A stretch of DNA of 64,000 nucleotides from Longimicrobiales bacterium. Its GTDB lineage: Bacteria > Gemmatimonadota > Gemmatimonadetes > Longimicrobiales > Gaopeijiaceae. Numbering within the stretch: position 1 is the stretch's first letter; every line of letters starts with the position of its first letter. The notes under the pieces are model-generated. The model was given only the letters and a program-made list of their open reading frames with translations. It had not been told where the DNA came from and did not search any database. The translations under genes were made by a program, and so were the position numbers. This document shows, one piece after another, positions 9,803-20,243 of this stretch. The stretch is taken from positions 96,001 through 160,000 of the forward strand of contig CBDANQ010000060.1 in the NCBI GenBank assembly GCA_965197725.1. Direction: 5' to 3'.

Positions 9803-10891
9803 CCGACCCGTCCTGTTCCAAGACTCAGCCTAGCCCGGAAGGTCTGAATCGCAAGGGGATTATAACCCTCACCGCCATGCTGTCGCGGCCGACCTGCTGG
9901 GATGACAACGGGCGGATCGGTGGGACCGGAGCACCGCGCTGGCCTGGGATCCGCAGGCGTCGAGCTCGCCTAGCAGACCGTGGATAAAGTCCGGTCATCG
10001 CTGTTGTGTTAAATCAGGAGGACACGAGGGTTTTTGCAGCGAGGACGGCGATGGCGGTAGGCAAGCGGCCCGAGGCTCGGCAGGGCGAGATGTTCGTGGT
10101 GGCGAGCGAGATTCGGGCCTTGGACAACCCGTTCTACTGGGCCTTGAACGAGCTTCTGGCGAAAAGCGGGTTTGACGAGTTCGCGGAAGAGGCATGCCGT
10201 GAGTTCTACGCGGACAATCGGGGTCGGCCGGGGATTGCTCCCGGGGTGTATTTCCGAATGATGATGGTGGGCTACCTGGAAGGGATCGGCTCGGAGCGGG
10301 GCATTGCCTGGCGGTGTGGGGACTCGTTGTCGTTGCGTGAGTTTCTGGGATACGGGTGGGCGAAGAACCCGCCGGAGCATTCGACCCTGTCGAAGACGCG
10401 CAAGCGCCTGAGCGTGGAAGCGCACGCGGCGGTGTTCGGGCGGGTGCTGGAGCTGCTGAAGGGGTCGGGGTTGCTGAGCGGCAAGACGCTGGGCGTCGAC
10501 TCGACGACGCTGGAGGCGAATGCGGCGATGCGCACGATCGTGCGGCGCGACGACGGGTTGGGCTACGATGAATGGCTGGAGCAGGTGGCCCGGGCGTCGG
10601 GGATCGAGACGCCGACGCGCAAGGATCTGACGACGCTGGACCGGAAGCGTCCGAAGAAGGGCTCGAACAAGGACTGGGTGCATCCGCACGACCCGGAGGC
10701 GCGGATCACAAAGATGAAGGACGGCAGGACGCGCCTGGCGCACAAGTTGGAGCAGGCGGTCGACATGGAGACCGGTGCGCTTGTGGCGGTGACGGTGCAG
10801 ACGATGGACGGGGGAGATGTGGCGTCGCTGCCCAACACGCTGGACGAGGCAGAGCGGCAGCTGGAAGTAGTGCAGGTAGAGCCCGAGGAAG

Positions 10892-12348
10892 GAAGCTGTC
10901 CCAACCGTAGTTGAAGGTTCCTGATAGGGGAGAAAGAAAAGTGGTGGCTCCGGGGGTCCCGGGCCGATAGGCTCGGGTAGGCAAAAACCCCAACACGGAG
11001 CCACCACGATGAAGAGAACGTACGAGGTAAGGGATCGGGCGGACAAGCGCGCGATCAGGGAGTTCCTGAAGCGGGAGGGGCAGTTTCTGCTTCCGATGCT
11101 TGAGCTCGTGGAGCAGACGGAGGTCGCGATCGACGAAGTCATCCAGGTGATGGGACGAGCGACGATCGAAGCGGTGCTGGAGATGAGCGCCGAGGGTGTG
11201 GCAGGCGTGAAGCAGGCAGGTCGGTCACGAGCGGAAGACGACACGGTGTGGTATGGCCGGCAGGGTGGTGTGGTTTACCTGTCGGACCGGAAGGTGCGTG
11301 TGGAGCGGCCACGGCTCAGGCGCCGGGGCGCCGGGGAGGGTGGCGAGGTCGAGGTGCCGGCGTACGCAGCGATGCGGAGACCGGGCGCCGTGGCGGATCG
11401 GATGCTCGAGGTCCTGATGGCGGGGGTGAGCACGCGAAAGTACGGCCGTGTGATCGGTGAGATGGCCGACACGGTCGGGGTGAGCAAGTCGGCGGTGAGC
11501 CGTGAGACGGTCGAGGCCTCGGAGCGCGTGCTGAAGGAGCTGATGGAGCGCCGGCTGGATGCGTGGGACCTCCTGGTGATCTACCTGGACGGGATCCAGA
11601 TGGGCTCGCACCACGTGCTTGCTGCGGTAGGCGTGGACTCAGACGGAAAGAAGCACGTGCTGGGCGTGAGGGAAGGAGCGAGTGAGAACGCCGAGGTGAC
11701 CAGCGCGCTCCTAGAGGATCTGGTCGAGCGCGGCCTGGACCCGGGCAGGCGGCGGCTGTTCGTGATCGATGGCTCGAAAGCGCTCAGGAAGGCGATCGAG
11801 AAGGTGTTCGGCCAACGTCACCCCATCCAGCGCTGCCGCAACCACAAGCTCCGCAACGTGCTGGGTCATCTGCCGAAGGATCAGCATCCTCAGGTGAAGG
11901 CGGCGTTCCGGGCGGCGATGAAGCTGGACGCGAAGCAGGGCGAGCAGAAGCTCGAGCAGCTCGCCCGATGGCTCGAGCGCGACCACCCCTCGGCCGCAGC
12001 CAGCCTGCGCGAAGGCCTCAGCGAGATGTTCACCATAAACCGGCTCGGCCTCCCACCGCGGCTGAGGAAGTGCCTGGGCTCGACCAACCTGATCGACAGC
12101 ACCCACTCGGGCGTAAGACGGAAGACCCGCAGGGTGACTAACTGGAAGAACGGAGCGATGGCCTTGCGCTGGGCTGCGGCCTCGTTCGTGGAAACCGAGA
12201 AGAGCTACCGGAGGATCATCGGCTACGACCAGCTCTGGATGCTCAGGGCCCACCTCGACGACCATGAACCGGTTGCCGAAATGAGAAAGACAGGCTAACC
12301 AAGAGACTCTCCGGCGCCACCACCTTCAACTGTCAGCGGGACACCATC
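10892..12348 (+). mobile_element. IS256-family element, isoform A (1457 bp)
   Basis: Ends GAAGCTGTCCCAACCGTAGTTGAAGG / CCTTCAACTGTCAGCGGGACACCATC; 8-bp duplication CGAGGAAG at 10884-10891 and 12349-12356. Confidence 0.95.
11009..12298 (+). CDS. IS256 family (Mutator-like) transposase
   Basis: GVSTR, GVSKSAVSR, YLDG, IDGSKAL, QRCRNHK, STNLID. Confidence 0.95.
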   Translation: MKRTYEVRDRADKRAIREFLKREGQFLLPMLELVEQTEVAIDEVIQVMGRATIEAVLEMSAEGVAGVKQAGRSRAEDDTVWYGRQGGVVYLSDRKVRVERPRLRRRGAGEGGEVEVPAYAAMRRPGAVADRMLEVLMAGVSTRKYGRVIGEMADTVGVSKSAVSRETVEASERVLKELMERRLDAWDLLVIYLDGIQMGSHHVLAAVGVDSDGKKHVLGVREGASENAEVTSALLEDLVERGLDPGRRRLFVIDGSKALRKAIEKVFGQRHPIQRCRNHKLRNVLGHLPKDQHPQVKAAFRAAMKLDAKQGEQKLEQLARWLERDHPSAAASLREGLSEMFTINRLGLPPRLRKCLGSTNLIDSTHSGVRRKTRRVTNWKNGAMALRWAAASFVETEKSYRRIIGYDQLWMLRAHLDDHEPVAEMRKTG

Positions 12349-13094
12349 CGAGGAAGTGGTGGCCGACAAAGGCTACCACTCGAACAAGACCATGACGGGC
12401 GTGAAGGAGCGGGAGCTGCGCAGCTATGTGAGCGAGCCCAACCGCGGGCGCCGGAAATGGAAGAACAACCGGGACGCGCAGACGCCGACCTACGACAACC
12501 GCCGCCGGATCCGCGGCAACCGGGGGATGCGGCTGCTGCGCCAGCGCGGCGAGAAGGTGGAGCGGGGGTTTGCGCACTTGCTTGTGACCGGAGGGCTGCG
12601 TCGCGTCCACATACGGGGCCAGGAGGAGATTCGAAAACGGATGTTGATCCACGCGGCGGCCTTCAACCTCGGCCTTCTCATGCGCAAGCGGTTCGGGGTT
12701 GGAACCCCCCGTGCGTTACAGGGCCTCGCTACCGTACAAGCTGCGCTCGCAACTCAGGTTACAACCCGCGTCTCGCGCTTTTTCCGCCGTATTCGGCGCT
12801 ATTTCGCCTTCCTTGGGCCGAATATCGCCTCGTCAGACCCCAAAACCCGCTTCTTGCACAACAACACAGCCCCCGCGTGTCTGCCTTCTCTCCCACCCAT
12901 CATCCGCTGGGAACCTATTTCTTCCACGGACTGCTAGAGACTCCTTATGGGTGTTATAGCCCGCTGTCTCTTCGACTAACAACTCCGGTGGGCGTTCGTG
13001 CGTGGCTCCGAACTGAGGACAGCTTCCCGCGTCCCCGGAAGGGGTGTAGGCGGTAAGCGCGAAGACAAGGGGTTCGGTGGATGACAAAAGTGCT

Positions 13095-15596
13095 TCAGAA
13101 CCGAAGAAGATGTGTGATTTTGACCGCCAACGTACGGTCTTGCAGTTCGGGGAACCCCTGCCTTGACGTGTCCCGGCTGTCGCTGTAGACCAAGAACAGC
13201 TCGCTACCGGGAGAGTACTCCCAGCGGAGTCGCACGTTGGAGCTCCATGCGCTGTTCCTGGAGTTGTATTGTATCAGGCTGCTCAGAGCGCTGCGGGCTG
13301 AGGGGGCGAAGATGGCGCGCGCCGTGACGAGCCGCGTGTTGAAGCCTCCTTCAGCGAGGTCCACCCAGTTCTGCGACAGGCTGGGTTCGAGCGAGAATCG
13401 CGGGGAGATCTCGATCCGGCCGCTATAGCCGATCGCGGTTCGGTCGCCATCGAAGAAGCTGCCATACTCGGCATTGAGGCGCCCGCTAAGGCGATGCTGC
13501 TGGTTAATCGAATACGTGGTACTCACTGCTCCGAAGCGATACGCGCCCACCGGGATCACCACGTCTTGGGCGATTTGAAAATCACTGTCGAGGAACTCGT
13601 ACCGGTGCGTGTACTGGACATCCCACATATCGCCGCTCTCCAGCTCCGTCCGGAACAGGCCCTGCGCCTCGCGACTTTCGAGGAGGTTGCCGCTCTCATC
13701 AGTCACGTGATTGACGCTGGCCTGCCAGACCAGCCTCCGAATCGAGCGGCTCGAGAAAAGCCGAGGGCTGAAGCGCACCTGAGCCGAGTTCAGCCGGAAG
13801 TCGTCGCGGCGCAGGAAGCCGATCTCGGGGTTGAATGCGTCGCCAACCATCAGGTGTCCGATCTGGAGGCCGTAGCGGTCACCGTTGTAGGCAACCTGCG
13901 CGCGGTAGCTCGCGTCGTCACCCACGCCCTTCGGTGTGCTGCTCCTGGCGTAATAGCTGGTGATCTCCCAGTCCGTCAGAAATAGAAATTGGGCGTCCAG
14001 TCCCAAAACCGTGTTCGAGCCGTCCTGGCTGATCATGCGCGTACGGTGCGTGGCGATGAGCCCGATACTGCTGCGGCTCAGGATCTCACGCTTGACCCGT
14101 ACCACCGAGAAATTCGTAGGCAGAGCCCCTACGTTCGGAGCATCTCCAGTCTGAACGTTGAGGGCGCCCACCGTGACGGGGCCTGCCTTTCCGATCAGCC
14201 GGGCGCCGGCCCGCACCGGTATGGCCTCCCCCTCACTCAGGCCGATCCGCCGGCTGAAGAACATCACCGGAACGTCGGGGTTGCCACCTCTACCGCCGCC
14301 ACCTCCACCACCACCGCCACCGCCTCTACCTCTACCTCCACCGCCACCGAAGCCGAAGATGCCGCGACCTTCCAGGAAGAACTCCCGCTTCTCCGGAAAA
14401 GATTGACTGAACCGCGTCAGGTTTATCTGCTCCTCGTCGGCTTCGACTTGGGCGAAGTCAGTGTTGACCGTGAGGTTCGCGATGAGGCTCTGTGTCAGCC
14501 CGTACTTGAGGTCAGCGCCGATGTCGCCTGTCGCGCGGTTCGAGATGGGCTCTACTGCATCCAGGTCCGTCGTCATCGCTGAGATAGCGTACGGCTTGAA
14601 TTCGACGTCGATCGACTTGTCCGGTGTCTCGAGGCCCACGAGGGTGGCATGCGACGACATCCTGAAGATTCCGAAGTGGCCGGAGGAAGCCGATATCGGC
14701 GTCAGGAATGACACCTCATTCTTCCAAATCACGGTTCGGCGCATGTTGAAGCCCCAGACCTGCGGTCCTGATCCGGCGTAGCGCAAGGATCTGAAGGGGA
14801 TGACCATCTCGAAGGTCCACCCTTGGTCGAATCGCCCCGCCCTTACCTCCCATACCGGGTTCCAGTCCGTGTTCGGGTTGCCCTCGTCCGTGACTTCCAA
14901 GTCGCGCAACACCCCGAGTGGATTTGTCTGAAAGTAGAACCCGTTCCGGTTGTCATTGAACGTGTCGAAAACAATGGCGATGTTTTGGCCTTGGTTGATC
15001 TGGCGCCCATCGCGCCGCAACTCACTGGCCACCATCCGTTCGGGTTGACTGTCCCAGGCGCGGGCGGAGACGTAGATGTTCCGGTCGTCGAAGAAGATCC
15101 ACGCTTCGGTCTTCTCCGTGGCCGCCTCGCCCTCGAGCGGCAGCTGCTGGATGAAGTCGTCAGCCGGAGGCACCACGCCGTAGATGAGCTCGTCCAGCCG
15201 GCCGTCGGTACGCAGGGGCTCTTCCAAGCGAATCGCCCGCAGCGTCACCCTCCCGTCGCTGTCACGCGTCAATGTCGGCTCGACGCTCCGAGCTGGAGCA
15301 GGAGGCGCCGGGTCGGTGGGGGGCGACGAGATCTGGGCCAGACCGCGAGCGGGCATGAACGCCCAGCCAGCCGCGCATAGGAGCGTCGCCGCGAGGTGCG
15401 AGGGGACCCGCGCCTGGTGATTTCTGTAGGCTGGCACGATTCGATGACGAGGGTGGTGTCGAAGGGGGCCATGTCGGGGTTCTCGACACTGAGCTGATCG
15501 GCTACCTAGACGGTGGTAACACCACCCTCCCCGAGCTCGAGCCCGATGCGGTCGCAGCCTTGAGGGTGGCGTGTCAGTGAGGTCGTTGGACATCAC
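13095..15596 (-). CDS. DUF5916 protein (CBM9-like N-domain plus predicted outer-membrane beta-barrel), paralogue 1; true start probably downstream of 15596
   Basis: NTDFAQVEAD, NLTRFS..FPEKREFFLEG, FFSRRIGL, FNPEIGF, C-terminal Phe; poly-Gly insertion. Confidence 0.85.
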   Translation of the reverse strand: MMSNDLTDTPPSRLRPHRARARGGWCYHRLGSRSAQCREPRHGPLRHHPRHRIVPAYRNHQARVPSHLAATLLCAAGWAFMPARGLAQISSPPTDPAPPAPARSVEPTLTRDSDGRVTLRAIRLEEPLRTDGRLDELIYGVVPPADDFIQQLPLEGEAATEKTEAWIFFDDRNIYVSARAWDSQPERMVASELRRDGRQINQGQNIAIVFDTFNDNRNGFYFQTNPLGVLRDLEVTDEGNPNTDWNPVWEVRAGRFDQGWTFEMVIPFRSLRYAGSGPQVWGFNMRRTVIWKNEVSFLTPISASSGHFGIFRMSSHATLVGLETPDKSIDVEFKPYAISAMTTDLDAVEPISNRATGDIGADLKYGLTQSLIANLTVNTDFAQVEADEEQINLTRFSQSFPEKREFFLEGRGIFGFGGGGGRGRGGGGGGGGGGGRGGNPDVPVMFFSRRIGLSEGEAIPVRAGARLIGKAGPVTVGALNVQTGDAPNVGALPTNFSVVRVKREILSRSSIGLIATHRTRMISQDGSNTVLGLDAQFLFLTDWEITSYYARSSTPKGVGDDASYRAQVAYNGDRYGLQIGHLMVGDAFNPEIGFLRRDDFRLNSAQVRFSPRLFSSRSIRRLVWQASVNHVTDESGNLLESREAQGLFRTELESGDMWDVQYTHRYEFLDSDFQIAQDVVIPVGAYRFGAVSTTYSINQQHRLSGRLNAEYGSFFDGDRTAIGYSGRIEISPRFSLEPSLSQNWVDLAEGGFNTRLVTARAIFAPSARSALSSLIQYNSRNSAWSSNVRLRWEYSPGSELFLVYSDSRDTSRQGFPELQDRTLAVKITHLLRF
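14284..14350 (-). repeat. Low-complexity codon repeat encoding GGGGGRGRGGGGGGGGGGGRGG
   Basis: Run of CCA/CCG/CCT/TCT triplets on the + strand inside DUF5916 paralogue 1. Confidence 0.85.
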
Positions 15597-15748
15597 TATC
15601 CGGTCAGAGGCTCAGTAAGGCACAAAGGCAAGATCCAAGCGGCAGCCGGGCGGCACAAGGAAGCGGGGGTGTCCGAACCCGTCCACGTACGGCGAGACGC
15701 GGCATGGGACCACGAACCCCCACGCGGCAATTTTTTGGGTTGGATTTT

Positions 15749-15763
15749 ATACTCAGTGAGTAT
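15749..15763. promoter_or_regulatory. Perfect 7-1-7 palindrome ATACTCA-G-TGAGTAT, candidate regulator site
   Basis: Lies in an AT-rich patch upstream of DUF5916 paralogue 1. Confidence 0.4.
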
Positions 15764-15836
15764 TCTTTGGATGAGCATCACGTGAGATGGTTGTGGCCTC
15801 ACACGCCTTAGACGCATTTTGTCTGCCACGTTCGCT

Positions 15837-15886
15837 GCCGTCGCCCGCCTGAACGCGGCGCTAGAGGGCCGCTACCGCGTAGATAG
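15837..15886 (+). pseudogene. N-terminal remnant of a Ser/Thr protein kinase gene
   Basis: AVARLNAALEGRYRVDR resembles the RLNAALEGRYxIEREL start that I recognise from Gemmatimonadota kinases; frame stops soon after. Confidence 0.6.
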
Positions 15887-15898
15887 AGGGGTGCCCAA

Positions 15899-16000
15899 TT
15901 GAAGGCTCAGATCCCCTGGCTGCGCGTCTTCGTGGAAGGCGTGGTGATCGTGGGCTCGATCCTGCTGGCGGTTGTGTTAGAAGGAGCGGGGGGTCCGTGA
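15899..16000 (+). pseudogene. N-terminal remnant of a membrane-anchored hypothetical protein
   Basis: KAQIPWLRVFVEGVVIVGSILLA, then the frame ends after a few more codons. Confidence 0.5.
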
Positions 16001-16034
16001 TTCGCCATCCTGTTGATTCAGGAAAGGCCGTTTG

Positions 16035-16355
16035 ATGGCGTACTACTTGGTTGAAGCGGTGGCTAAGAAGGACCGTCTCTCAGAGCTTGGGGAACGGCTA
16101 GGGAGAGACGAGTTCCTTCACCTGAGGCCGTTCGGTGTCTCCGTCACGTTCGCGCTGCGTGGCGCGCGCCAGCGACCCGACGGAGGAGTGGTATGGGAGG
16201 AAGAAGACTACTGCTCCCCGCCGCTCGCCCAGGGACGTGCGGCAGTACTCGACGAATACTTTGAAGACCTTTGTGTGACATCCGTGCAAAAGCACGAGGG
16301 TTGGGCTCAGATCCGCGATCTGCCGCCACTCTTTCCTGAGTTGATCGACGAGTAG
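16035..16355 (+). CDS. Conserved hypothetical protein (WEEEDYCSPPLA motif)
   Basis: Clean ORF after a purine-rich RBS; RPFG and WEEEDYCSPPLA motifs. Confidence 0.7.
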   Translation: MAYYLVEAVAKKDRLSELGERLGRDEFLHLRPFGVSVTFALRGARQRPDGGVVWEEEDYCSPPLAQGRAAVLDEYFEDLCVTSVQKHEGWAQIRDLPPLFPELIDE

Positions 16356-16442
16356 CGCCTAACGCCGCTTAGCCCCCACTCATGCCTACCCGCATCCCGC
16401 ACCGCAGCCTCCTGTAGCATCCACTCAGGCCAGGAGCACCGC

Positions 16443-16607
16443 ATGGAGATTCCGCAGGACACGTACCAGGCTATCGAGAACGAGATCGCCAGCGATGACA
16501 GCCCGGTTGGGATCGATGCCAAGAAGACTCACATCATGATCCTTCATCAGCTTCGCGAGATTGATGAGCGTCTGAAGAGGATCGAGGACGTGTTGGAGGC
16601 GACGTAG
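16443..16607 (+). CDS. Small 54-aa protein, not in the ORF track
   Basis: AGGAG RBS; MEIPQDTYQAIENEIASDDSPVGIDAKKTHIMILHQLREIDERLKRIEDVLEAT with a coiled-coil-like C-terminus. Confidence 0.7.
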   Translation: MEIPQDTYQAIENEIASDDSPVGIDAKKTHIMILHQLREIDERLKRIEDVLEAT

Positions 16608-16659
16608 GACGGATCTCTGACGGGCCACCCGCTTCGGGCGATGCTCGTTCTCGACGGCC

Positions 16660-18900
16660 TCATCTCAGCACATCGAATTGCCGTGAATATTTGATGATGA
16701 AGTTGCGCCGGATCGGCCCTAGGCCCTCTAGCGCCTGCGTCTCGTTGTACACGATGAACAGACCGCTCCCGGCGCCCGCCTGGTTCAACAATCCGAAGCG
16801 CAAGTTCCCGCTCCAGTTCTCGACTCGGTCGTTGTACTGGATGAGAGATTGGAAGTTGACTCGCGGCGAAAAGCTGTAGTTGAAGCGCGCCTGCACCAGA
16901 TTCGTAGTGAAGTCACCCCACGGGAGACTGATGTCGCGACGGCTCCATCCGATCTCCGTGTTAAGGCTGGATCCGCCCCGTACCCTCAAGGTCGAGTCGA
17001 ACGAGGTCTGGGTCCCAGCCAGGAACTCTCCGAGCGCGAAGCGTGAGCCGGCGGACAGCGTGCGACTCTGGTCCGACCTCAGCTGCAAGTCGGTCTCCCA
17101 GTATGTGTATTGCCCGGCAGGCACGACCACGCCCGGCGAAACCTCGAAGTCCTCCTGAAAACCCTCCCACTCGATATCGATGGCGGGAGCGATAAACCAC
17201 CCATTCTCGAAGTCGATGTGGTTGTCGATGTGCCAGGTCTGGCCCTCCCGAAACCCGTCGAGATCCCAGAACGTGGTCAGTTGGGTGTGTGGACGCAGCT
17301 CGCGGAGCCACGAAATGCTGGGCGTCCGATATCTCCAGAAAATGCGGTAGTCCGTCGATCGAAAAGCGCTTCGCCTTAGGAATCCAACTTCCGGGTTGAA
17401 GTCGTCCCCGACCTGTGTGTATTCGATATGGCTGTCCAGCCCTCCCCGCCCGTACCCTACACGCGCGTTGTAGGCCATTTCGTCGCCGGTTCGGCCCGGA
17501 GTCTCGGTGCGCGCGAGGAAACCACGAACGTCCACGTTATCGCCGAGCCCCACTTTGCCGTCCACGCCGAATGTGCGGTTCAGGTCATCGGCGGCCGCCC
17601 CCCCCCCAGCCGCGTCTCGACTGACGATGATCCCCCCGAGGCTCGACCGATTGGGGAGTTCACGGCTGACCCGTGCCACCGCGAAGTTGTTCTTGGGTAG
17701 CAAATTGGGCTCACCGAGCTCACCGGGCACCGCGTCCGTCTGCATCATCAGGAAGCCGACATTCGTCCCTCCGGCGCGGCCGCTGAGACGTGCGCCACCC
17801 GCGATGGGTACGGGCGCGCCGTCTGGGCCGATGCCGATCCGCCGGCTGAAGAAAAGATCGACGCCAGACTTGCCCGCCGCCAACTGACCGGCGTTCTCGA
17901 GGAAGAACGGACGCTTTTCCGGAAAGCGTACGTTGAACCGAGTAAGGTTGATCACCTGCTCGTCGACTTCGACCTGGGCGAAATCGGTATTGTAGGTGAG
18001 GTCCAGGGTCAGGCTGGGAGTCACCCCGAACTTGGTGTCGAGACCGATAGACCCGTCGGCATCCGGCTCGGTTTGCGTGGGGTCGTCATACGCACGCGCG
18101 ATTGAACCGATCGTATACGGGGTGGCCTTGAAGTTTCGTGGCTCATCGAGCTCCAGACCGTGCAGTTCACCAGCCGAGGAAAGGCGATAGAGGTTGTAGA
18201 GGCGTCCGATCGGCGCCCAGAAAACCTGTTCACGCTTGCGCCGAATGCTGCGCTGGAAGTTCACGCCCCAGACCTGGGGCTTGGCCCCGTACCGAAGGCT
18301 GCGAAGGGGAATCTCGAATTCCGCGGTCCAGCCCACGTCGGTCACCCGTGTTCGGACCGTCCAACTGGCGTCCCAGTTCCTGTTGAAGCCGGATCCGGAG
18401 CCTACGGTCGCTCTTGTCCTGCCGCCGCCGCCGCCCTGACCCTCGTTGCTGACCTGACCATCGTACTCGATACCCGCCGGGTTGGTCCCAAAGACGAGGC
18501 CGTTCTGTAGATCGTGGTAGGTGTCGAAAATGACCTGGAACGAGTCCATGTCGCCTAGCCCGGAGTCGCGACGGCTGTCGGTCACCAGGATTCTGTCCGG
18601 CTCGCTATCGTAGAGGATTGCACCGATGTAGAGCGCGCGCCCATCATACAGGATGCGAACCTCCGTTTTCTCTGACGCGGGCCGGCCCTCCACAGGCTCC
18701 TGCTGAACGAAGCCCGTGATCGGTTGGGCCCTGGCCCAAACGGCGTCATCGATCAGGCCGTCGATGGTCGGTCCGTTTTCGACGAACGTCGCGTTGCCGA
18801 TCCGGCTCCCATTTTGCGCCGAAAGATTGGAAGTGGTCAGGCATGCCGCGGCCGCGATCACGATCAACATGCGCGGCAGGTTCACTAGCAGCAGGTTCAC
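16660..18900 (-). CDS. DUF5916 protein, paralogue 2
   Basis: GTG start after GAAAGGA; signal peptide ending LSA-Q; YNTDFAQVEVD, FPEKRPFFLE, FFSRRIG, FNPEVGF. Confidence 0.85.
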   Translation of the reverse strand: MNLLLVNLPRMLIVIAAAACLTTSNLSAQNGSRIGNATFVENGPTIDGLIDDAVWARAQPITGFVQQEPVEGRPASEKTEVRILYDGRALYIGAILYDSEPDRILVTDSRRDSGLGDMDSFQVIFDTYHDLQNGLVFGTNPAGIEYDGQVSNEGQGGGGGRTRATVGSGSGFNRNWDASWTVRTRVTDVGWTAEFEIPLRSLRYGAKPQVWGVNFQRSIRRKREQVFWAPIGRLYNLYRLSSAGELHGLELDEPRNFKATPYTIGSIARAYDDPTQTEPDADGSIGLDTKFGVTPSLTLDLTYNTDFAQVEVDEQVINLTRFNVRFPEKRPFFLENAGQLAAGKSGVDLFFSRRIGIGPDGAPVPIAGGARLSGRAGGTNVGFLMMQTDAVPGELGEPNLLPKNNFAVARVSRELPNRSSLGGIIVSRDAAGGGAAADDLNRTFGVDGKVGLGDNVDVRGFLARTETPGRTGDEMAYNARVGYGRGGLDSHIEYTQVGDDFNPEVGFLRRSAFRSTDYRIFWRYRTPSISWLRELRPHTQLTTFWDLDGFREGQTWHIDNHIDFENGWFIAPAIDIEWEGFQEDFEVSPGVVVPAGQYTYWETDLQLRSDQSRTLSAGSRFALGEFLAGTQTSFDSTLRVRGGSSLNTEIGWSRRDISLPWGDFTTNLVQARFNYSFSPRVNFQSLIQYNDRVENWSGNLRFGLLNQAGAGSGLFIVYNETQALEGLGPIRRNFIIKYSRQFDVLR

Positions 18901-19130
18901 TTTGGATACGATCCTTTCTGCTTCATGATGTTGGATCAGCCGCCTTGAAGGGGGGGGGCGTCGGCCCAATTGTACCAACTGCGGCTCCCCACACAAGGCG
19001 AAAGCCCCTACGGTCGCGATGATGCTCGCGCCCGTATCAGACCCATCCGAAGCGCCTCCGAGCCGGGCCCCACGACCGCGAGGCGGATACAGCCCTGAGC
19101 TCCCGTCTGCGGCCACCCGAGGGGTGCTAG

Positions 19131-20128
19131 CAGTCCGTGGAAGAAATAGGTTCCCAGCGGATGATGGGTGGGAGAGAAGGCAGACACGCGGGGGCTGTGT
19201 TGTTGTGCAAGAAGCGGGTTTTGGGGTCTGACGAGGCGATATTCGGCCCAAGGAAGGCGAAATAGCGCCGAATACGGCGGAAAAAGCGCGAGACGCGGGT
19301 TGTAACCTGAGTTGCGAGCGCAGCTTGTACGGTAGCGAGGCCCTGTAACGCACGGGGGGTTCCAACCCCGAACCGCTTGCGCATGAGAAGGCCGAGGTTG
19401 AAGGCCGCCGCGTGGATCAACATCCGTTTTCGAATCTCCTCCTGGCCCCGTATGTGGACGCGACGCAGCCCTCCGGTCACAAGCAAGTGCGCAAACCCCC
19501 GCTCCACCTTCTCGCCGCGCTGGCGCAGCAGCCGCATCCCCCGGTTGCCGCGGATCCGGCGGCGGTTGTCGTAGGTCGGCGTCTGCGCGTCCCGGTTGTT
19601 CTTCCATTTCCGGCGCCCGCGGTTGGGCTCGCTCACATAGCTGCGCAGCTCCCGCTCCTTCACGCCCGTCATGGTCTTGTTCGAGTGGTAGCCTTTGTCG
19701 GCCACCACTTCCTCGGGCTCTACCTGCACTACTTCCAGCTGCCGCTCTGCCTCGTCCAGCGTGTTGGGCAGCGACGCCACATCTCCCCCGTCCATCGTCT
19801 GCACCGTCACCGCCACAAGCGCACCGGTCTCCATGTCGACCGCCTGCTCCAACTTGTGCGCCAGGCGCGTCCTGCCGTCCTTCATCTTCGTGATCCGCGC
19901 CTCCGGGTCGTGCGGATGCACCCAGTCCTTGTTCCGACCCCTTCAGCAGCTCCAGCACCCGCCCGAACACCGCCGCGTGCGCTTCCCGAATCTCGCTCGC
20001 CACCACGAACATCTCGCCCTGCCGAGCCTCGGGCCGCTTGCCTACCGCCATCGCCGTCCTCGCTGCAAAAACCCTCGTGTCCTCCTGATTTAACACAACA
20101 GCGATGACCGGACTTTATCCACGGTCTG
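19131..20128 (-). mobile_element. Internally deleted copy (998 bp) of the IS1182-like element
   Basis: Both IRs intact, CTAG on both flanks (19127-19130, 20129-20132); lacks the segments equivalent to 10118-10417 and 10469-10665. Confidence 0.92.
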
Positions 20129-20243
20129 CTAGGCCAGAAACGGCAGTTTGTGTCCCCGCGCCTCGGATCCGCTCGCGTGGTCGCGCAGGCGAGGATTTCG
20201 AGATTCAACGCCGCACGTACGGCTGTCCCAGCTACCGCCGACC

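Larger units (their letters stand above)
9974..12933 (+). mobile_element. IS1182-like element interrupted by IS256-A
   Basis: Imperfect IRs CAGACCGTGGATAAA / TTTCTTCCACGGACTG; CTAG duplicated at 9970-9973 and 12934-12937; transposase with GRP..P..YFRM, DSTTLEANA, ADKGY, VERGFA. Confidence 0.88.
10051..12937 (+). pseudogene. IS1182-family transposase split in two by IS256-A
   Basis: VQVEPEE | VVADKGY reads continuously in the second copy (19127-19921). Confidence 0.88.

Noticed and set aside
18901..19365. N-terminal extension of the 901-aa ORF
   Set aside because: It is read-through from IS sequence; a signal peptide and RBS fit a start at 18900.
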